From Dehalococcoidia bacterium (lineage in GTDB: Bacteria > Chloroflexota > Dehalococcoidia > Lucifugimonadales > CATQGZ01), in contig CBDCXW010000008.1 of assembly GCA_965223945.1 (NCBI GenBank), positions 422,485 through 486,484 of the forward strand: DNA of 64,000 nucleotides, in the 5' to 3' direction. The position numbers and the translations under genes were made by a program. Below the pieces are notes generated by a model. That model was not told where the DNA came from, did not search any database, and saw nothing but the letters and a program-made list of their open reading frames with translations. This document shows, one piece after another, positions 37,739-47,913 of the stretch. The number at the start of each line of letters is the position of its first letter. Within the stretch, counting starts at the first letter, position 1.

Positions 37739-38683
37739 ATGCGCGAGGAGCTCGCGAGGGACGAGCGCGTCTTTGTCCTGGGCGAGGACGTGGGTCGCCG
37801 CGGCGGCGTATTCCTGGCGACCGACGGCTTCGTGGACGAGTTCGGAGAAGACCGGATCATCGACACCCCCCTCGCGGAGTCATCCATCGCGGGAATCGCC
37901 CTCGGCGCGGCTATGAACGGGATGCGGCCGATCGCCGAGATACAGTTCGCCGACTTCATCTGGCCCACCTTCAACCAGCTTCTGGGCGAGGCCGCAAAGG
38001 CGCGGTACGGGTCCGAGGGCAGGGTAGGGGCGCCCCTGGTCGCCAGGACGCCGTACGGCGGCGGCGTGCGAGGAGGCCTGTACCACTCCCAGAGCGTCGA
38101 GGCCTTCTTCACCCACAGCCCTGGTATCAAGGTGGTCGCGCCCGCGACTCCATACGATGCCAAGGGCCTGCTAAAGAGCGCGGTGCGGGACGACGACCCG
38201 GTGGTATTCCTGGAGCACAAGCGGACATATCGGCTGGTGCGAGGAGAGGTCCCCGACGAGGAATACACAGTCCCGATTGGCGAGGCCGATGTCAAGATCG
38301 AGGGCGAGCACCTGAGCGTCATCACCTACGGTCTGATGCTCCACCACTGCGCGGAGGCCGCGCGGAGCCTCGTCGCCGAGGGCATCAGCGTCGAGGTGGT
38401 CGACCTGAGGACGCTCTTCCCGATGGACACGGCGACCGTTCTCGACTCGGTGAGGAAGACCGGAAAGGCTCTCGTAGTGCACGAGGACTCCAAGACCGGA
38501 GGCGTGGGCGGAGAGGTTGCCGCCGTGATCGCGGAGGAGGCTTTCGACTACCTGGACGGGCCCATCGTGCGGCTCGCCGGTCCCGACGTTCCAGCCATGC
38601 CCTTCAGCCCGCCCTTGGAGGCCGAGTTCATGCTGAACACCGAGAAGATATCGGCGGCCATCCGGCAGCTTGCAAGCTACTGA
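37739..38683 (+). CDS. 2-oxoacid dehydrogenase E1 beta subunit (conserved N-terminus extends upstream of the first ATG)
   Basis: ERVFVLGEDVG..., transketolase-like pyrimidine-binding and C-terminal domains. The conserved VKTVIEAVRDG lies upstream of ATG 37739 with no canonical start (see finding). Confidence 0.85.
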   Translation: MREELARDERVFVLGEDVGRRGGVFLATDGFVDEFGEDRIIDTPLAESSIAGIALGAAMNGMRPIAEIQFADFIWPTFNQLLGEAAKARYGSEGRVGAPLVARTPYGGGVRGGLYHSQSVEAFFTHSPGIKVVAPATPYDAKGLLKSAVRDDDPVVFLEHKRTYRLVRGEVPDEEYTVPIGEADVKIEGEHLSVITYGLMLHHCAEAARSLVAEGISVEVVDLRTLFPMDTATVLDSVRKTGKALVVHEDSKTGGVGGEVAAVIAEEAFDYLDGPIVRLAGPDVPAMPFSPPLEAEFMLNTEKISAAIRQLASY

Positions 38684-38703
38684 CGGGTGATAGGGAACAC
38701 CAC

Positions 38704-39942
38704 ATGAAGATAGAGCTGCCACACGTAGGCGAGTCGGTCACAGAGGGAATCATAGGCCGGTGGCTCGTTTCGCCGGGCGACAGGGTCGAGAAGTACGATC
38801 CATTGGTCGAGGTCATCACCGACAAGGTGAGCATGGAGATGCCCTCTCCGGCGACCGGAACGATGTCGAAGATACTGGTCCAGGAGGGCGAGACGGTTCC
38901 TATGGGGACCGTGATCGCCGAGATGGAAGTCGAGGGGGAACAGGCCCACGACATCCCTGCGCAAACCGTAGCGGCGGTCGGGCCGTCCGCAATCGACAGG
39001 CTGGGCGTGCTGGTCGAGGGCGTGGCCCCTGTGGGTCCGACCGGGTCGGGCGGTGTGGACGCCTCCGTTCCCACCGACGCGAGCCCCGGCCCCAGGCAGC
39101 GGTACTCTCCCGCCGTTCAGCGCCTCGCGGACCAGCATGGCATCGACCTTGCCCTGATCTCCGGCACTGGAGTCGGCGGCCGCGTCACGCGGGCGGACGT
39201 TCAGGCCCACATAGACGCCGGCGCTCCGGTCCCTGATCCCGCTAAGTCGGATGAAGAGCGAGTCCCCCTGACGCCGGTCCGGCGCATGATCGCGCAAAAC
39301 ATGGTCAGGAGCTCGACCGAGATTCCGCAGGCGTGGAGCTCCGTCGAGGTCGACGTGACCCGCTTGGTCGCGCTGCGCGAGGCGGTCAAGGGCGACTTCC
39401 GGGCGCGGGAGGGCGTGAACCTTACCTACCTGGCCTTCATGCTGAGCGCCGTGGCGGCCGCGCTCAAGGAGAACCCCCTGCTCAACTCCTCATGGGACGA
39501 CGAGGCGATCATCGTGAAGCGTCGGATCGACATCGGCATAGCCGTCGCCGCCCCGCAGGGCCTGGTGGTCCCGGTCATCCGCCGCGCTGACAGGTTGACG
39601 GTCACCGAGCTGGCGAGAGCCGTGGACCGGCTGTCCGAAAAGGCGCGGGCCGGAAAACTCGCCATCGAAGACGTCAGGGACGGCACCTTCACGGTCAACA
39701 ATACGGGCGTGCTGGGCTCGGTGGTCTCGCGAGCCCTCGTGAACCCGCCGCAGGCGGCGATCCTGACGACCGAGGCGATAGTCAAGCGCCCGGTGGTCAT
39801 CGACGACGCCATAGCGATCCGGTCGATGATGAACCTGGGTCTCACATTCGACCACCGCATAGTAGACGGCGCCGAGGCGGGAGCGTTCTCCACCTCCGTC
39901 AAGAGGCTTCTCGAAGAAGTGGGCCCCGATTCTCGGGTATGA
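38704..39942 (+). CDS. Dihydrolipoamide acyltransferase E2
   Basis: Lipoyl domain (VITDKVSMEMPSP), PSBD (PAVQRLADQHGIDLALISGTG) and a catalytic DHRIVDG. Confidence 0.9.
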   Translation: MKIELPHVGESVTEGIIGRWLVSPGDRVEKYDPLVEVITDKVSMEMPSPATGTMSKILVQEGETVPMGTVIAEMEVEGEQAHDIPAQTVAAVGPSAIDRLGVLVEGVAPVGPTGSGGVDASVPTDASPGPRQRYSPAVQRLADQHGIDLALISGTGVGGRVTRADVQAHIDAGAPVPDPAKSDEERVPLTPVRRMIAQNMVRSSTEIPQAWSSVEVDVTRLVALREAVKGDFRAREGVNLTYLAFMLSAVAAALKENPLLNSSWDDEAIIVKRRIDIGIAVAAPQGLVVPVIRRADRLTVTELARAVDRLSEKARAGKLAIEDVRDGTFTVNNTGVLGSVVSRALVNPPQAAILTTEAIVKRPVVIDDAIAIRSMMNLGLTFDHRIVDGAEAGAFSTSVKRLLEEVGPDSRV

Positions 39943-40604
39943 GCAACCCCGAGGCGGACAGATGTGTCTGCATCTTCGCCGGCCGCGTCGCGTTCCTTCG
40001 CGCCTGGGACTTGCAGAAGACGCTCCATCGCTGGGTCGCCGCCGGACTCCTGCCCGACCACCTCATTCTCCTGGAGCACCCGCACGTCTACACCCTCGGA
40101 CGCCGCGGGTCGGAGGCGGACATCCTCGCGTCCCGTGATGAGCTTGAACGGCTTGGGGCCGAGGTCCACCACATAGACCGGGGCGGACAGGCCACCTACC
40201 ACGGGCCCGGTCAGCTGGTCGCCTACCCCATAGTCGACCTGCGCAGGTGGGGCTGGGGCCCGCTGGAATACGTCCGCAGGCTCGAGGAGGCAGTGGCCGC
40301 CACGCTGGGTGAGTTCGGGATTCCCGCCCAGAGAGCCCGCCGGCCCACGGGCGTGTGGGTACGCGAATCGAAGATCGCGGCCATCGGCGTAAGAATCAGC
40401 CGTGGGGTGACGATGCACGGCCTCGCCCTCAACGTCCATACCGATAGGCCGTACTTCGACCACATCGTACCGTGCGGGATGCCCGACGCCGGGATCACCA
40501 CCATGGCCTCCGAGCTGTCGACCGACATTACCGTCCAGGAGGTAGCCCCGGTCCTGATGCGTCACTTCGGGAATGCCTTCGGGTGGCGGATGGAAGGCGC
40601 ATAG
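39939..40604 (+). CDS. lipB: Octanoyl/lipoyl transferase LipB
   Basis: LLEHPHVYTLGRRG...IDRGGQATYHGPGQLVAYP...KIAAIGVR. Start overlaps the E2 stop. Confidence 0.9.
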   Translation: MSNPEADRCVCIFAGRVAFLRAWDLQKTLHRWVAAGLLPDHLILLEHPHVYTLGRRGSEADILASRDELERLGAEVHHIDRGGQATYHGPGQLVAYPIVDLRRWGWGPLEYVRRLEEAVAATLGEFGIPAQRARRPTGVWVRESKIAAIGVRISRGVTMHGLALNVHTDRPYFDHIVPCGMPDAGITTMASELSTDITVQEVAPVLMRHFGNAFGWRMEGA

Positions 40605-40796
40605 CTTCCCTACAGGCGACTGGCACCGTCGTTCCGGCGCAGGCCGGAACCCAGTCTTCGGCCCTGGCCCTCTGGCCCGTGTCGAATACGGGGCTGGCTG
40701 TACCTGGCGTGACGAGGACCGTCGTGGTTCCCTGAAGGCAAGCTGAATCTCAATTCGTGATATAATCAGTGGGTTGACACCCGTGCGGAGGCGTCG

Positions 40797-42041
40797 TTGA
40801 GGATCACCCAGGAAGAGGTCGTAGACCACCAGGCCGTTCTTCAGATTGAGCTGGAGAGTTCAGACCTTGATCCCTATCTCGACCGGGGCTATCGACAGCT
40901 CGCTCCCCGCACCGTGATTCCGGGATTCCGCAAGGGCAAGGCGCCCAGGCGGATCGTCGAGGGCTTTCTGGGCCGAGAGAGGCTTCTCAGCGAAGTGCTC
41001 GACTCGATGGCCCCCGAAGTCGCCGAGCGCGCCATCGAAGAGCAGGACCTGGACGCCTTCGGCCATCCCCGAATCGAGCTCGTCGACCTCGACCCGTTCA
41101 CTCTGAAGGCTACTGTGCCATTGACTCCGGAGGCCGACCTCTCTTACTACACGGGCATCAGGGTCGAGATGGAAACGGTCGAGGTCACTGAAGAGGACGT
41201 GGACGGGCGTATCGAAGAGATGCGGAACAGAGACGGGACCTGGGAGCCCGTCGACCGCCCGGTAGCACTCGGAGACATGGTGGTCCTGGACGTGGAGGGA
41301 AGTGCGGAGGATAAGACCATCGTGGACCAGAAGGATGTCAACTACGTCGTCAGTGAAGACGGCGCCCCGACTCTGCCAGGCTTCTCAGAGAACCTCGTGG
41401 GCCTGAAGGTCGACACTCCGGGCGAGTTCGTTCTGAGCATTCCCGAGGACAATCCGGACAAGCAGGTCGCGGGCAAAGAGGCCAGCTTCCGGGTCAGCGT
41501 GAAGGAGATCAAGGAGTTCAAGCTCCCCGACCTGGACGACGAATTCGCGAAGGGTGTCGGGGACGGCTACGACGACCTGGCGGCCCTGCGCGACAGTGTG
41601 CGGGACGAGCTGGCGGAGAGAGGCGAGCAGCTGAAGACCCTCGAACACCGTGAGAAGGTCTTGGACGCCCTGCTCGACGGCTTGAGCGTCGAGATGCCGC
41701 CGGTCATGGTCGAGCGGGGGATCGAGCAGCGGGAGGCGGAGCGCGGAGCTTTCCTCCAGCGGCTCAACATCCGCGTGGACGACTACCTGCGGTCCGTCGA
41801 AAAGACCGAGGAAGAGGCGCGGAGCGAGATGGAGGAGGAGGTTGCGAGGCGGCTCCGCCTCACCTTCGCCATGTCGAAGGTCGCAGAGTTGGAGGGCGTG
41901 GAGGTTTCAGACGATGAGCTCGATGCCCGCGTCGACGCCATGAAGTCCAGAGGAAACGGTGAAGTATCTGCCGAAGCCGCCCGTGAGTCCCTGCTGGCCG
42001 AAAAGGCCGTGGACAGGCTGGTCGAGATCGCCAGGGGTTAG
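40797..42041 (+). CDS. tig: Trigger factor
   Basis: IPGFRKGKAPRRIVE motif, with FKBP-like and C-terminal domains. TTG start. Confidence 0.9.
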   Translation: MRITQEEVVDHQAVLQIELESSDLDPYLDRGYRQLAPRTVIPGFRKGKAPRRIVEGFLGRERLLSEVLDSMAPEVAERAIEEQDLDAFGHPRIELVDLDPFTLKATVPLTPEADLSYYTGIRVEMETVEVTEEDVDGRIEEMRNRDGTWEPVDRPVALGDMVVLDVEGSAEDKTIVDQKDVNYVVSEDGAPTLPGFSENLVGLKVDTPGEFVLSIPEDNPDKQVAGKEASFRVSVKEIKEFKLPDLDDEFAKGVGDGYDDLAALRDSVRDELAERGEQLKTLEHREKVLDALLDGLSVEMPPVMVERGIEQREAERGAFLQRLNIRVDDYLRSVEKTEEEARSEMEEEVARRLRLTFAMSKVAELEGVEVSDDELDARVDAMKSRGNGEVSAEAARESLLAEKAVDRLVEIARG

Positions 42042-42091
42042 ACGGCGGCGGTCGAAGGCTCGGCAAGACCTGAGAATACGGAGGTGAACCT

Positions 42092-42712
42092 ATGATGCAA
42101 AGACCTGAAAGCCTGATCCCGATGGTCGTGGAGTCCGGGGCGCGTGGAGAGAGGGCCTACGACATCTACTCGCTGCTTCTCAAAGAGAGGATTATCTTCC
42201 TGGGGACTCCGATAGTCGACCAGGTGGCGAATAGCATAATCGCCCAGTTGCTCTTCCTCGACCGGGAAGACCCGGAGCGCGACATCTCTATCTACATAAA
42301 CTCGCCGGGAGGCATCATCACCGCGGGACTCGCGATATACGACTCGATGCAGCTGATCCGCCCGGACATCTCGACCATATGCGTCGGTGGGGCCGCCAGC
42401 TTCGGCACGGTACTCCTCTGCTCCGGCGCCAAGGGAAAGCGCTACGCGACGCCCAACTCGACCATCCACATGCACCAGCCGATGGGAGGTGCCCAGGGAC
42501 AGGCCTCCGACATCGAGATACAGGCCCGCGAGTTGCTCAGGCTTCAGGACAAGCTCTACCAGATCATCGCCGAGAACACGGGGCAGTCCTACGAGAGAGT
42601 CGCCAGGGACAGCGACCGCGATTACTATCTGACCGCGGAACAGGCCAGGACCTACGGACTGATCGACGACGTGTACACACAGGCCTCGGACAACGGCAAC
42701 GAGTCCGCCTAG
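42092..42712 (+). CDS. clpP: ATP-dependent Clp protease proteolytic subunit
   Basis: [19 protein letters not shown]...GGAASFG...IHMHQP (Ser/His context). Confidence 0.95.
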   Translation: MMQRPESLIPMVVESGARGERAYDIYSLLLKERIIFLGTPIVDQVANSIIAQLLFLDREDPERDISIYINSPGGIITAGLAIYDSMQLIRPDISTICVGGAASFGTVLLCSGAKGKRYATPNSTIHMHQPMGGAQGQASDIEIQARELLRLQDKLYQIIAENTGQSYERVARDSDRDYYLTAEQARTYGLIDDVYTQASDNGNESA

Positions 42713-42730
42713 AGAACGGCCCCTTCTAGA

Positions 42731-44020
42731 ATGACCGGACGCACCACAGCCGACTATCAGTGCTCCTTCTGCGCCAAGCCGCAAGGGCAGGTGAAGCGCC
42801 TGATTGCCGGGAATGACCGGGTCTTCATCTGCGACGAGTGCGTCGCCCTATGCGACCAGATCATCACCGAGGAGAGCCCAGCTCATCCGCGCGACGCGTC
42901 TGGGCTCATGGCCAGGGGCCTGAATCCCAAGTGGATCTACCAGAGGCTCGAGGAGTACGTGGTCGGACAGGAGCAGGCCAAGAAGGTCGTCAGCGTTGCC
43001 GTCTACAACCACTATAAGCGCGTCTGGTCTACCAGAAAGCACGAGGACGTCGAGATCCAGAAGGCCAACATCCTGCTTCTCGGTCCCTCAGGCTGCGGTA
43101 AGACACACATCGCGCAGGCCCTCGCCAGGATACTGGAGGTGCCGTTCGCGATAGCCGACGCGACGTCGCTGACGGAAGCGGGATACGTGGGCGAGGATGT
43201 CGAGAATATCCTCCTCCGTCTTCTGCAGGCCGCCGACTTCGATGTGGCACGAGCAGAGCAGGGCATCATATACATCGACGAGATCGACAAGATCGCTCGG
43301 AAGAGCACCATGAACCCGTCGATCACAAGGGACGTCTCTGGCGAGGGCGTGCAGCAGGCCCTCTCGAAGATTATCGAAGGCTGCATCGCCAACGTCCCGC
43401 CTCAAGGCGGCCGCAAGCATCCGCACCAGGAATTCCTCCAGATCAACACCGAGAACATACTCTTCATCTGCGGCGGCGCCTTCGAAGGCGTGGAAGAGAT
43501 CATCGAGAAGCGGGTCTTCAAGAACAAGCAGAGCATCGGGTTCAACCGCGTGGACACCGGAGACTCTCAGGAGCACAGGGACGCCATCCTCAAGCACGTC
43601 AGCGCGGACGACCTGCTCGACTATGGCTTCATAGTCGAGTTCGTCGGCAGGCTGCCGGTAATATCGGCGCTCAAGGGCCTCAACAAGGCAGACCTCGTGC
43701 GGGTGCTCAGGGAGCCCAGAAACGCCTTCGTCAGACAGTATATGTCCCTCTTCAAGATGGACGACGTCGAGCTCACCTTCACGGACGAAGCCCTCGAGGC
43801 CGCGGCCGATCAGGCCCTGAAGCGCAAGACGGGCGCGCGTGGTCTGAGGGCGATCCTGGAGGAGACCCTCCTAGACGTCATGTATGAGCTTCCCAGCATG
43901 ACCGGCGTGACCGGATGCCTCGTGGACGCCGACGCTATCGCCGGCAGGGCCGGCGTATCTCTCTTCATGAGCAACGGCGACTCCGTCCCGATGCCCATGT
44001 TCGAGCAAAAGTCCGCCTGA
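42731..44020 (+). CDS. clpX: ATP-dependent Clp protease ATP-binding subunit ClpX
   Basis: Zn-finger CSFCAK...CDEC, Walker [10 protein letters not shown], Walker [10 protein letters not shown]. Confidence 0.95.
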   Translation: MTGRTTADYQCSFCAKPQGQVKRLIAGNDRVFICDECVALCDQIITEESPAHPRDASGLMARGLNPKWIYQRLEEYVVGQEQAKKVVSVAVYNHYKRVWSTRKHEDVEIQKANILLLGPSGCGKTHIAQALARILEVPFAIADATSLTEAGYVGEDVENILLRLLQAADFDVARAEQGIIYIDEIDKIARKSTMNPSITRDVSGEGVQQALSKIIEGCIANVPPQGGRKHPHQEFLQINTENILFICGGAFEGVEEIIEKRVFKNKQSIGFNRVDTGDSQEHRDAILKHVSADDLLDYGFIVEFVGRLPVISALKGLNKADLVRVLREPRNAFVRQYMSLFKMDDVELTFTDEALEAAADQALKRKTGARGLRAILEETLLDVMYELPSMTGVTGCLVDADAIAGRAGVSLFMSNGDSVPMPMFEQKSA

Positions 44021-44033
44021 TCGACCTCTTGCT

Positions 44034-44056
44034 CCTTCTCCCCTCGTGGGAGAAGG
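44034..44056 (+). terminator. Hairpin after clpX (9-bp perfect stem, no U tract)
   Basis: CCTTCTCCC-ctcgt-GGGAGAAGG, starting 14 nt after the clpX stop. Confidence 0.4.
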
Positions 44057-44136
44057 CTGGGATGAGGGGCTTGACGGCCCCAGCCGTCACCTCCCCGGCC
44101 CCCTCCCATCAATCAATGTGGAGGATGAGAGCGGCC

Positions 44137-44757
44137 ATGAAGCGGATACGCCTGGGGTCCCTCGCCTCAGGCGGCGGCACCAACCTCCAGGCGATCATCG
44201 ATGCTGCCGCGAGCGGCGAGCTTCACGCCGACGTGGCCGTCGTGATCAGCAACAACTCGACCTCAGGCGCCCTCCGGCGCGCCCGGAACGCTGGCATACC
44301 CGGCTTCCACCTCAGCGGGGCCACCCACCCGGAGGACGCCGCCCTCGACTCGGCGATTCTCGGCACGCTGCAAGACCACGGGGTGGACGTGGTAGTGCTG
44401 GCGGGCTACATGAAGATGCTGGGGCCGGCGGTGTTGTCGCGGTACGAAGGGCGGGTGCTGAACGTACACCCCGCGCTGCTGCCGAAGTTCGGCGGGAAGG
44501 GGATGTACGGCCGGCGAGTCCACGAGGCCGTGCTGGCTGCCGGAGACTCGATTACCGGAGCGACCGTCCACGTCGTCGACTCAGAGTACGATCACGGGCC
44601 GGTCGTCGCTCAGAGCGAGGTGCCGGTGCTCCCCGGCGACACGGTCGAGTCGCTCAGCGCCAGGGTGCTACAGCGCGAGCACGGGCTTCTCGTGGAAACG
44701 CTTCAGAAGGTCGCCAGCGGAGAGATCGACCTGGGCCTGTTCGGGGCCTCACGGTAA
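44137..44757 (+). CDS. purN: Phosphoribosylglycinamide formyltransferase
   Basis: MKRIRLGSLASGGGTNLQAIIDA...VVLAGYMKMLG...NVHPALLPKFGG. Confidence 0.9.
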   Translation: MKRIRLGSLASGGGTNLQAIIDAAASGELHADVAVVISNNSTSGALRRARNAGIPGFHLSGATHPEDAALDSAILGTLQDHGVDVVVLAGYMKMLGPAVLSRYEGRVLNVHPALLPKFGGKGMYGRRVHEAVLAAGDSITGATVHVVDSEYDHGPVVAQSEVPVLPGDTVESLSARVLQREHGLLVETLQKVASGEIDLGLFGASR

Positions 44758-44881
44758 CCCGCAGGGGTCATAGCCCTTCAGGCCGCATGAGCAAAGCCAC
44801 GACAGGAACGGGTTGAAAACCTTGATCGCTTACCGAACATCGGAAGGTAGACCGTATGAATCGGGTATCAAGCCGCGTGGA

Positions 44882-45790
44882 CTAAACTACGTCCAGAAGT
44901 GGCCCATAGAGTTCCGGGAGCCGTTTCAGATACATAGGGTGGTGAAGGTCAATCTGCACGTCCGGTACGTCGCTATAACCTGGCTCGACGTCACCAGGAT
45001 CGAAGACGACGTGCTCGACCTCACAAATCAACCTGCCCAGAGACTGAATCCTGGGATGTGTCCTAATGTCGATGTTCCTAACAGCCCGCTGGAATGCTTT
45101 GCTCTTGCTGTCGAACTTGGAGTTTAGCTCTTCAAGTTCTCGCTCTAGATCTCGCTGCGTCTTCCTCTTATCTGCTCGCACGCTCCGATAATCCCATAGT
45201 AGCCGGAGGGCTTCTGTCCTCGGTTTCATGCCAAGCCCTAGGAGAATGAGCGCCAGCGGTAGCGCTAATACCGTCATGGCAGCCCAGCGACCTAATGACC
45301 TAGCGGTCGGGCCTGAGACCTCCTTGTTCAATTCTTCCGATGCTCGTCTTCTCTTCAATTCCAAACTCTCTAGGGCAACCTCACCAGCCTGAACCAAGCT
45401 TTCTCTAGCCGCCTCGAATTGACCTACGAACTCCTGCTTTAGCTCTCGTCCTAAGTGCTCTGGATCGTAGTTGACAGCCCTAGCTGACAATACTTCGAAC
45501 TTCGGCCTCACGAACATGCCGGACTTCAGGTCGTCGAGTATCTCGTCAAGTCGAAATACGAGGGCGTAATCTTCGGGGCTAGGCCCGGTGGGCAACATGA
45601 ACACGGGCACTGGGCATTCGGGGAAGACCTTGTCCACAGCATTCCTTGAACTGGCCTGGGTCTGTTCGAGCACTGCTTCCAGTGCCCCTTTAGATACCTT
45701 TCTTATTTGTCGGGCGGCTTCGGAAGTATCCCGAGATTTGTCTACCACCGAGTCTCGGATTCTCTTCAAGGCTTTAGGTCGATCCATCAT
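44882..45790 (-). CDS. Hypothetical protein with central TM helix and coiled-coil-like flanks (low-GC islet)
   Basis: 302 aa. TM segment AAMTVLALPLALILLGLGM. No family recognised. GC is visibly lower than in the flanks. Confidence 0.55.
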   Translation of the reverse strand: MMDRPKALKRIRDSVVDKSRDTSEAARQIRKVSKGALEAVLEQTQASSRNAVDKVFPECPVPVFMLPTGPSPEDYALVFRLDEILDDLKSGMFVRPKFEVLSARAVNYDPEHLGRELKQEFVGQFEAARESLVQAGEVALESLELKRRRASEELNKEVSGPTARSLGRWAAMTVLALPLALILLGLGMKPRTEALRLLWDYRSVRADKRKTQRDLERELEELNSKFDSKSKAFQRAVRNIDIRTHPRIQSLGRLICEVEHVVFDPGDVEPGYSDVPDVQIDLHHPMYLKRLPELYGPLLDVV

Positions 45791-45906
45791 CTGCTCTCAG
45801 CGTTGCCCGTATGCACTCAGTAAGACCCTTCATGTGGTCGACAGCCCAATTGTCTCTCCCGAATACTCTAGCCGGCCGTGGCTGACTGCGCCTCTGTAAG
45901 CCTCAA

Positions 45907-46497
45907 CTACGCGTCGAACACCTCGCTCACCGCGCAGGTGAAACCGGGCAGCGTATCCAGCCCGTCGAGTGCGTCATTCTCGGTGAGCGTCGCGGCCGCG
46001 CGGCCCTCCCGATACATGTCCACAGAGCGCGTGGACGGGTTCACCACCCACACCAGGCGCACCCCGTAGCTCAGCCACATCAACGCCTTGTCGTTGACCT
46101 CCCGTATACTGTTGTTGGGAGACACCACCTCCACCACTAGGTCGGGGACCACCTCCGCGTAGCCTGGGACCCGAACCCCCAGGGGTATCTTCTCTGACGA
46201 GAAGTACGCTACGTCGGGCTCGCGCACGGTGTCCGGGTCGTGCTCCAGCCAGACGCCGGAGTCCGAGGCCGTTAGGCTCCCCAGCTTTCGGGACTTGACG
46301 AAGCTCCCCAACAGAATGGTCAGATTCGCCACGGTCTTGCCGTGCTCATACCCTGTAGGCATCGTTTCGCAGAGCACCCCCCGGATCAGTTCGCCGCGAA
46401 CTCCCTCGCTGTACAGCCTAAGCAGGTCGTCGGCGGTCAGCCGTTTCGTTCCCGCATTCGCGATTGTCATGTCCGGCCCCCTTCGCTGAGACCCCAT
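45907..46497 (-). CDS. Uma2-family (DUF820) PD-(D/E)xK endonuclease-like protein
   Basis: ...EPDVAYFS...PDLVVEVVSPNNS...KALMWLSYGVRLVWVVNP. The start may be MTIANAG at 46470. Confidence 0.8.
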   Translation of the reverse strand: MGSQRRGPDMTIANAGTKRLTADDLLRLYSEGVRGELIRGVLCETMPTGYEHGKTVANLTILLGSFVKSRKLGSLTASDSGVWLEHDPDTVREPDVAYFSSEKIPLGVRVPGYAEVVPDLVVEVVSPNNSIREVNDKALMWLSYGVRLVWVVNPSTRSVDMYREGRAAATLTENDALDGLDTLPGFTCAVSEVFDA

Positions 46498-46617
46498 GAT
46501 AACACTGAACCGAAAAAGTACGGCCCGCTTCGGTCATCCCAAGGCGAGAGTTTGCAGCTCGCAGGAAAACGGGTGGCGAGTCAACCCCTCCCCACCGACT
46601 GTGGCTGGACCGCCAGG

Positions 46618-47628
46618 CTACGCCTTCGTCAGCCTGACCATGCGGCCGCCAATCAGCCACTCGGCGACGTAGATGTTGCCCTCCGCGTCCACCGTCATCC
46701 CGTGCGGGCTGTTGAACTTGCCCGGCTCCAGCAGGCTCGTCGCCACCGTGTTGCCGTCGTCGTCCAGGTTGTTGGGCCAGCCGGGCACGTCGCACACCTG
46801 CTCGTTACCGCCCAGGTAGGCGACAGGCCCGTCGGCGATGTCCAGGATGGTCAGACGGGCGCGGAGCTCGGCGACTACCATCAGGTCGCCGTGGGTCGCA
46901 AAGCCGCTTGGGCTCGTCAGGAAGTCCGAGCCGAAGCCTCGCTTGAACCCGCCCTCCAAGTCGTAGACCTGCACCCTGCCGTTGCCGCGGTCGGCGACGT
47001 AGAGTTCATGGTCCGGCTTGCGCGTGTCGACGAAAATGGCGTGTGGGCAGTTGAAGGGTCCTACCGTACCCTCCTCGCCGTTGATGCTCGATATGTAGCT
47101 GCCGTCCCTGTCGTACCGGTGGACATGGTTCGCCCCATACCCGTCGGCGACCCAGACATCCCCGTTGCCGCCGTTCCGTTCCTCGTTGACCGCGACCCAG
47201 GTCGGCATGTAGTCGACTTCCCCGTAGACCGGGAGCGGTGGCGTGTCCAGCCTCATGACCGTCTCGCCGGTGAGCGTGGTCTTGACCACCTGGCCCGTGA
47301 CCTTCGAGGTCGAGTCCGGGTAGTCGTAGTCGGTGTGCGGCCCGCGCTTGCGACCGTTGTCGGCGATCCACAGGTACTCGGTGTCGCCGTCCTTGACCAG
47401 CGTGATCCCGTGGGCCTCGTTCAGGCCCAGGTCCCAGGAGCGCTCCACCGTGCCGTCCGGGTCCATCTCCATCATCTTGAGATCGCCCTGGTGAAGCGTG
47501 ATGATCTTGCCGGCCTCCGTCACGACGATGCCGTGGTGAGACCACCCGGCTTTAGCACTCTCCGGGTTGGGCAGCGTGGCCCAGCTGTCGTTCCAGTGGT
47601 AGGTGTGCTCTCCTGTGCCTATTCGCAT
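46618..47628 (-). CDS. NHL-repeat beta-propeller protein (peptidyl-alpha-hydroxyglycine lyase-like)
   Basis: Repeated ...PHG(I/M)(T/A)VD..GN(I/L)YVAD... NHL-type blades. Confidence 0.75.
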   Translation of the reverse strand: MRIGTGEHTYHWNDSWATLPNPESAKAGWSHHGIVVTEAGKIITLHQGDLKMMEMDPDGTVERSWDLGLNEAHGITLVKDGDTEYLWIADNGRKRGPHTDYDYPDSTSKVTGQVVKTTLTGETVMRLDTPPLPVYGEVDYMPTWVAVNEERNGGNGDVWVADGYGANHVHRYDRDGSYISSINGEEGTVGPFNCPHAIFVDTRKPDHELYVADRGNGRVQVYDLEGGFKRGFGSDFLTSPSGFATHGDLMVVAELRARLTILDIADGPVAYLGGNEQVCDVPGWPNNLDDDGNTVATSLLEPGKFNSPHGMTVDAEGNIYVAEWLIGGRMVRLTKA

Positions 47629-47721
47629 GGGTCACTCCCTTTCGCGGGGCTTGTCGCGAGTCTCAGGGCCACAAGATACGCGCGGCCCCAAACACTGTCA
47701 ATCGAGAATGCGGCCCCCGAT

Positions 47722-47913
47722 TCAATCGGGGTCGAATATGTCCTCGATCGGTTGGCCCACCAACCTGGCGATCTTGAACGCCAGCGGGAGGCTGGGGGCG
47801 TACTTGCCCGTCTCGATGGCGTTCACCGTCTGCCTCGACACCTCCAGCAGTTCAGCCAGGTTCTTCTGTGACCACTGCCGCTCAGCGCGGATGACCCTCA
47901 GCCGGTTCTTCAT
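47722..47913 (-). CDS. Small XRE-family HTH transcriptional regulator
   Basis: MKNRLRVIRAERQWSQKNLAELLEVSRQTVNAIETGKYAPSLPLAFKIA. ATG overlaps the upstream stop (ATGA). Confidence 0.9.
   Translation of the reverse strand: MKNRLRVIRAERQWSQKNLAELLEVSRQTVNAIETGKYAPSLPLAFKIARLVGQPIEDIFDPD

Noticed and set aside
39426-40829. 467-aa ORF antisense to E2 and lipB
   Set aside because: A shadow ORF opposite two strongly supported genes.
43915-44136. Upstream extension of purN, and the alternative-frame 256-aa ORF 44046..44816
   Set aside because: The extension overlaps the clpX 3' end and the terminator hairpin. The conserved PurN N-terminus starts at MKRIRLGSLASGGG (44137). The other ORF is an out-of-frame shadow.
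46342-47871. 509-aa ORF antisense to the NHL-repeat gene
   Set aside because: A shadow ORF. The opposite strand encodes clear NHL blades.
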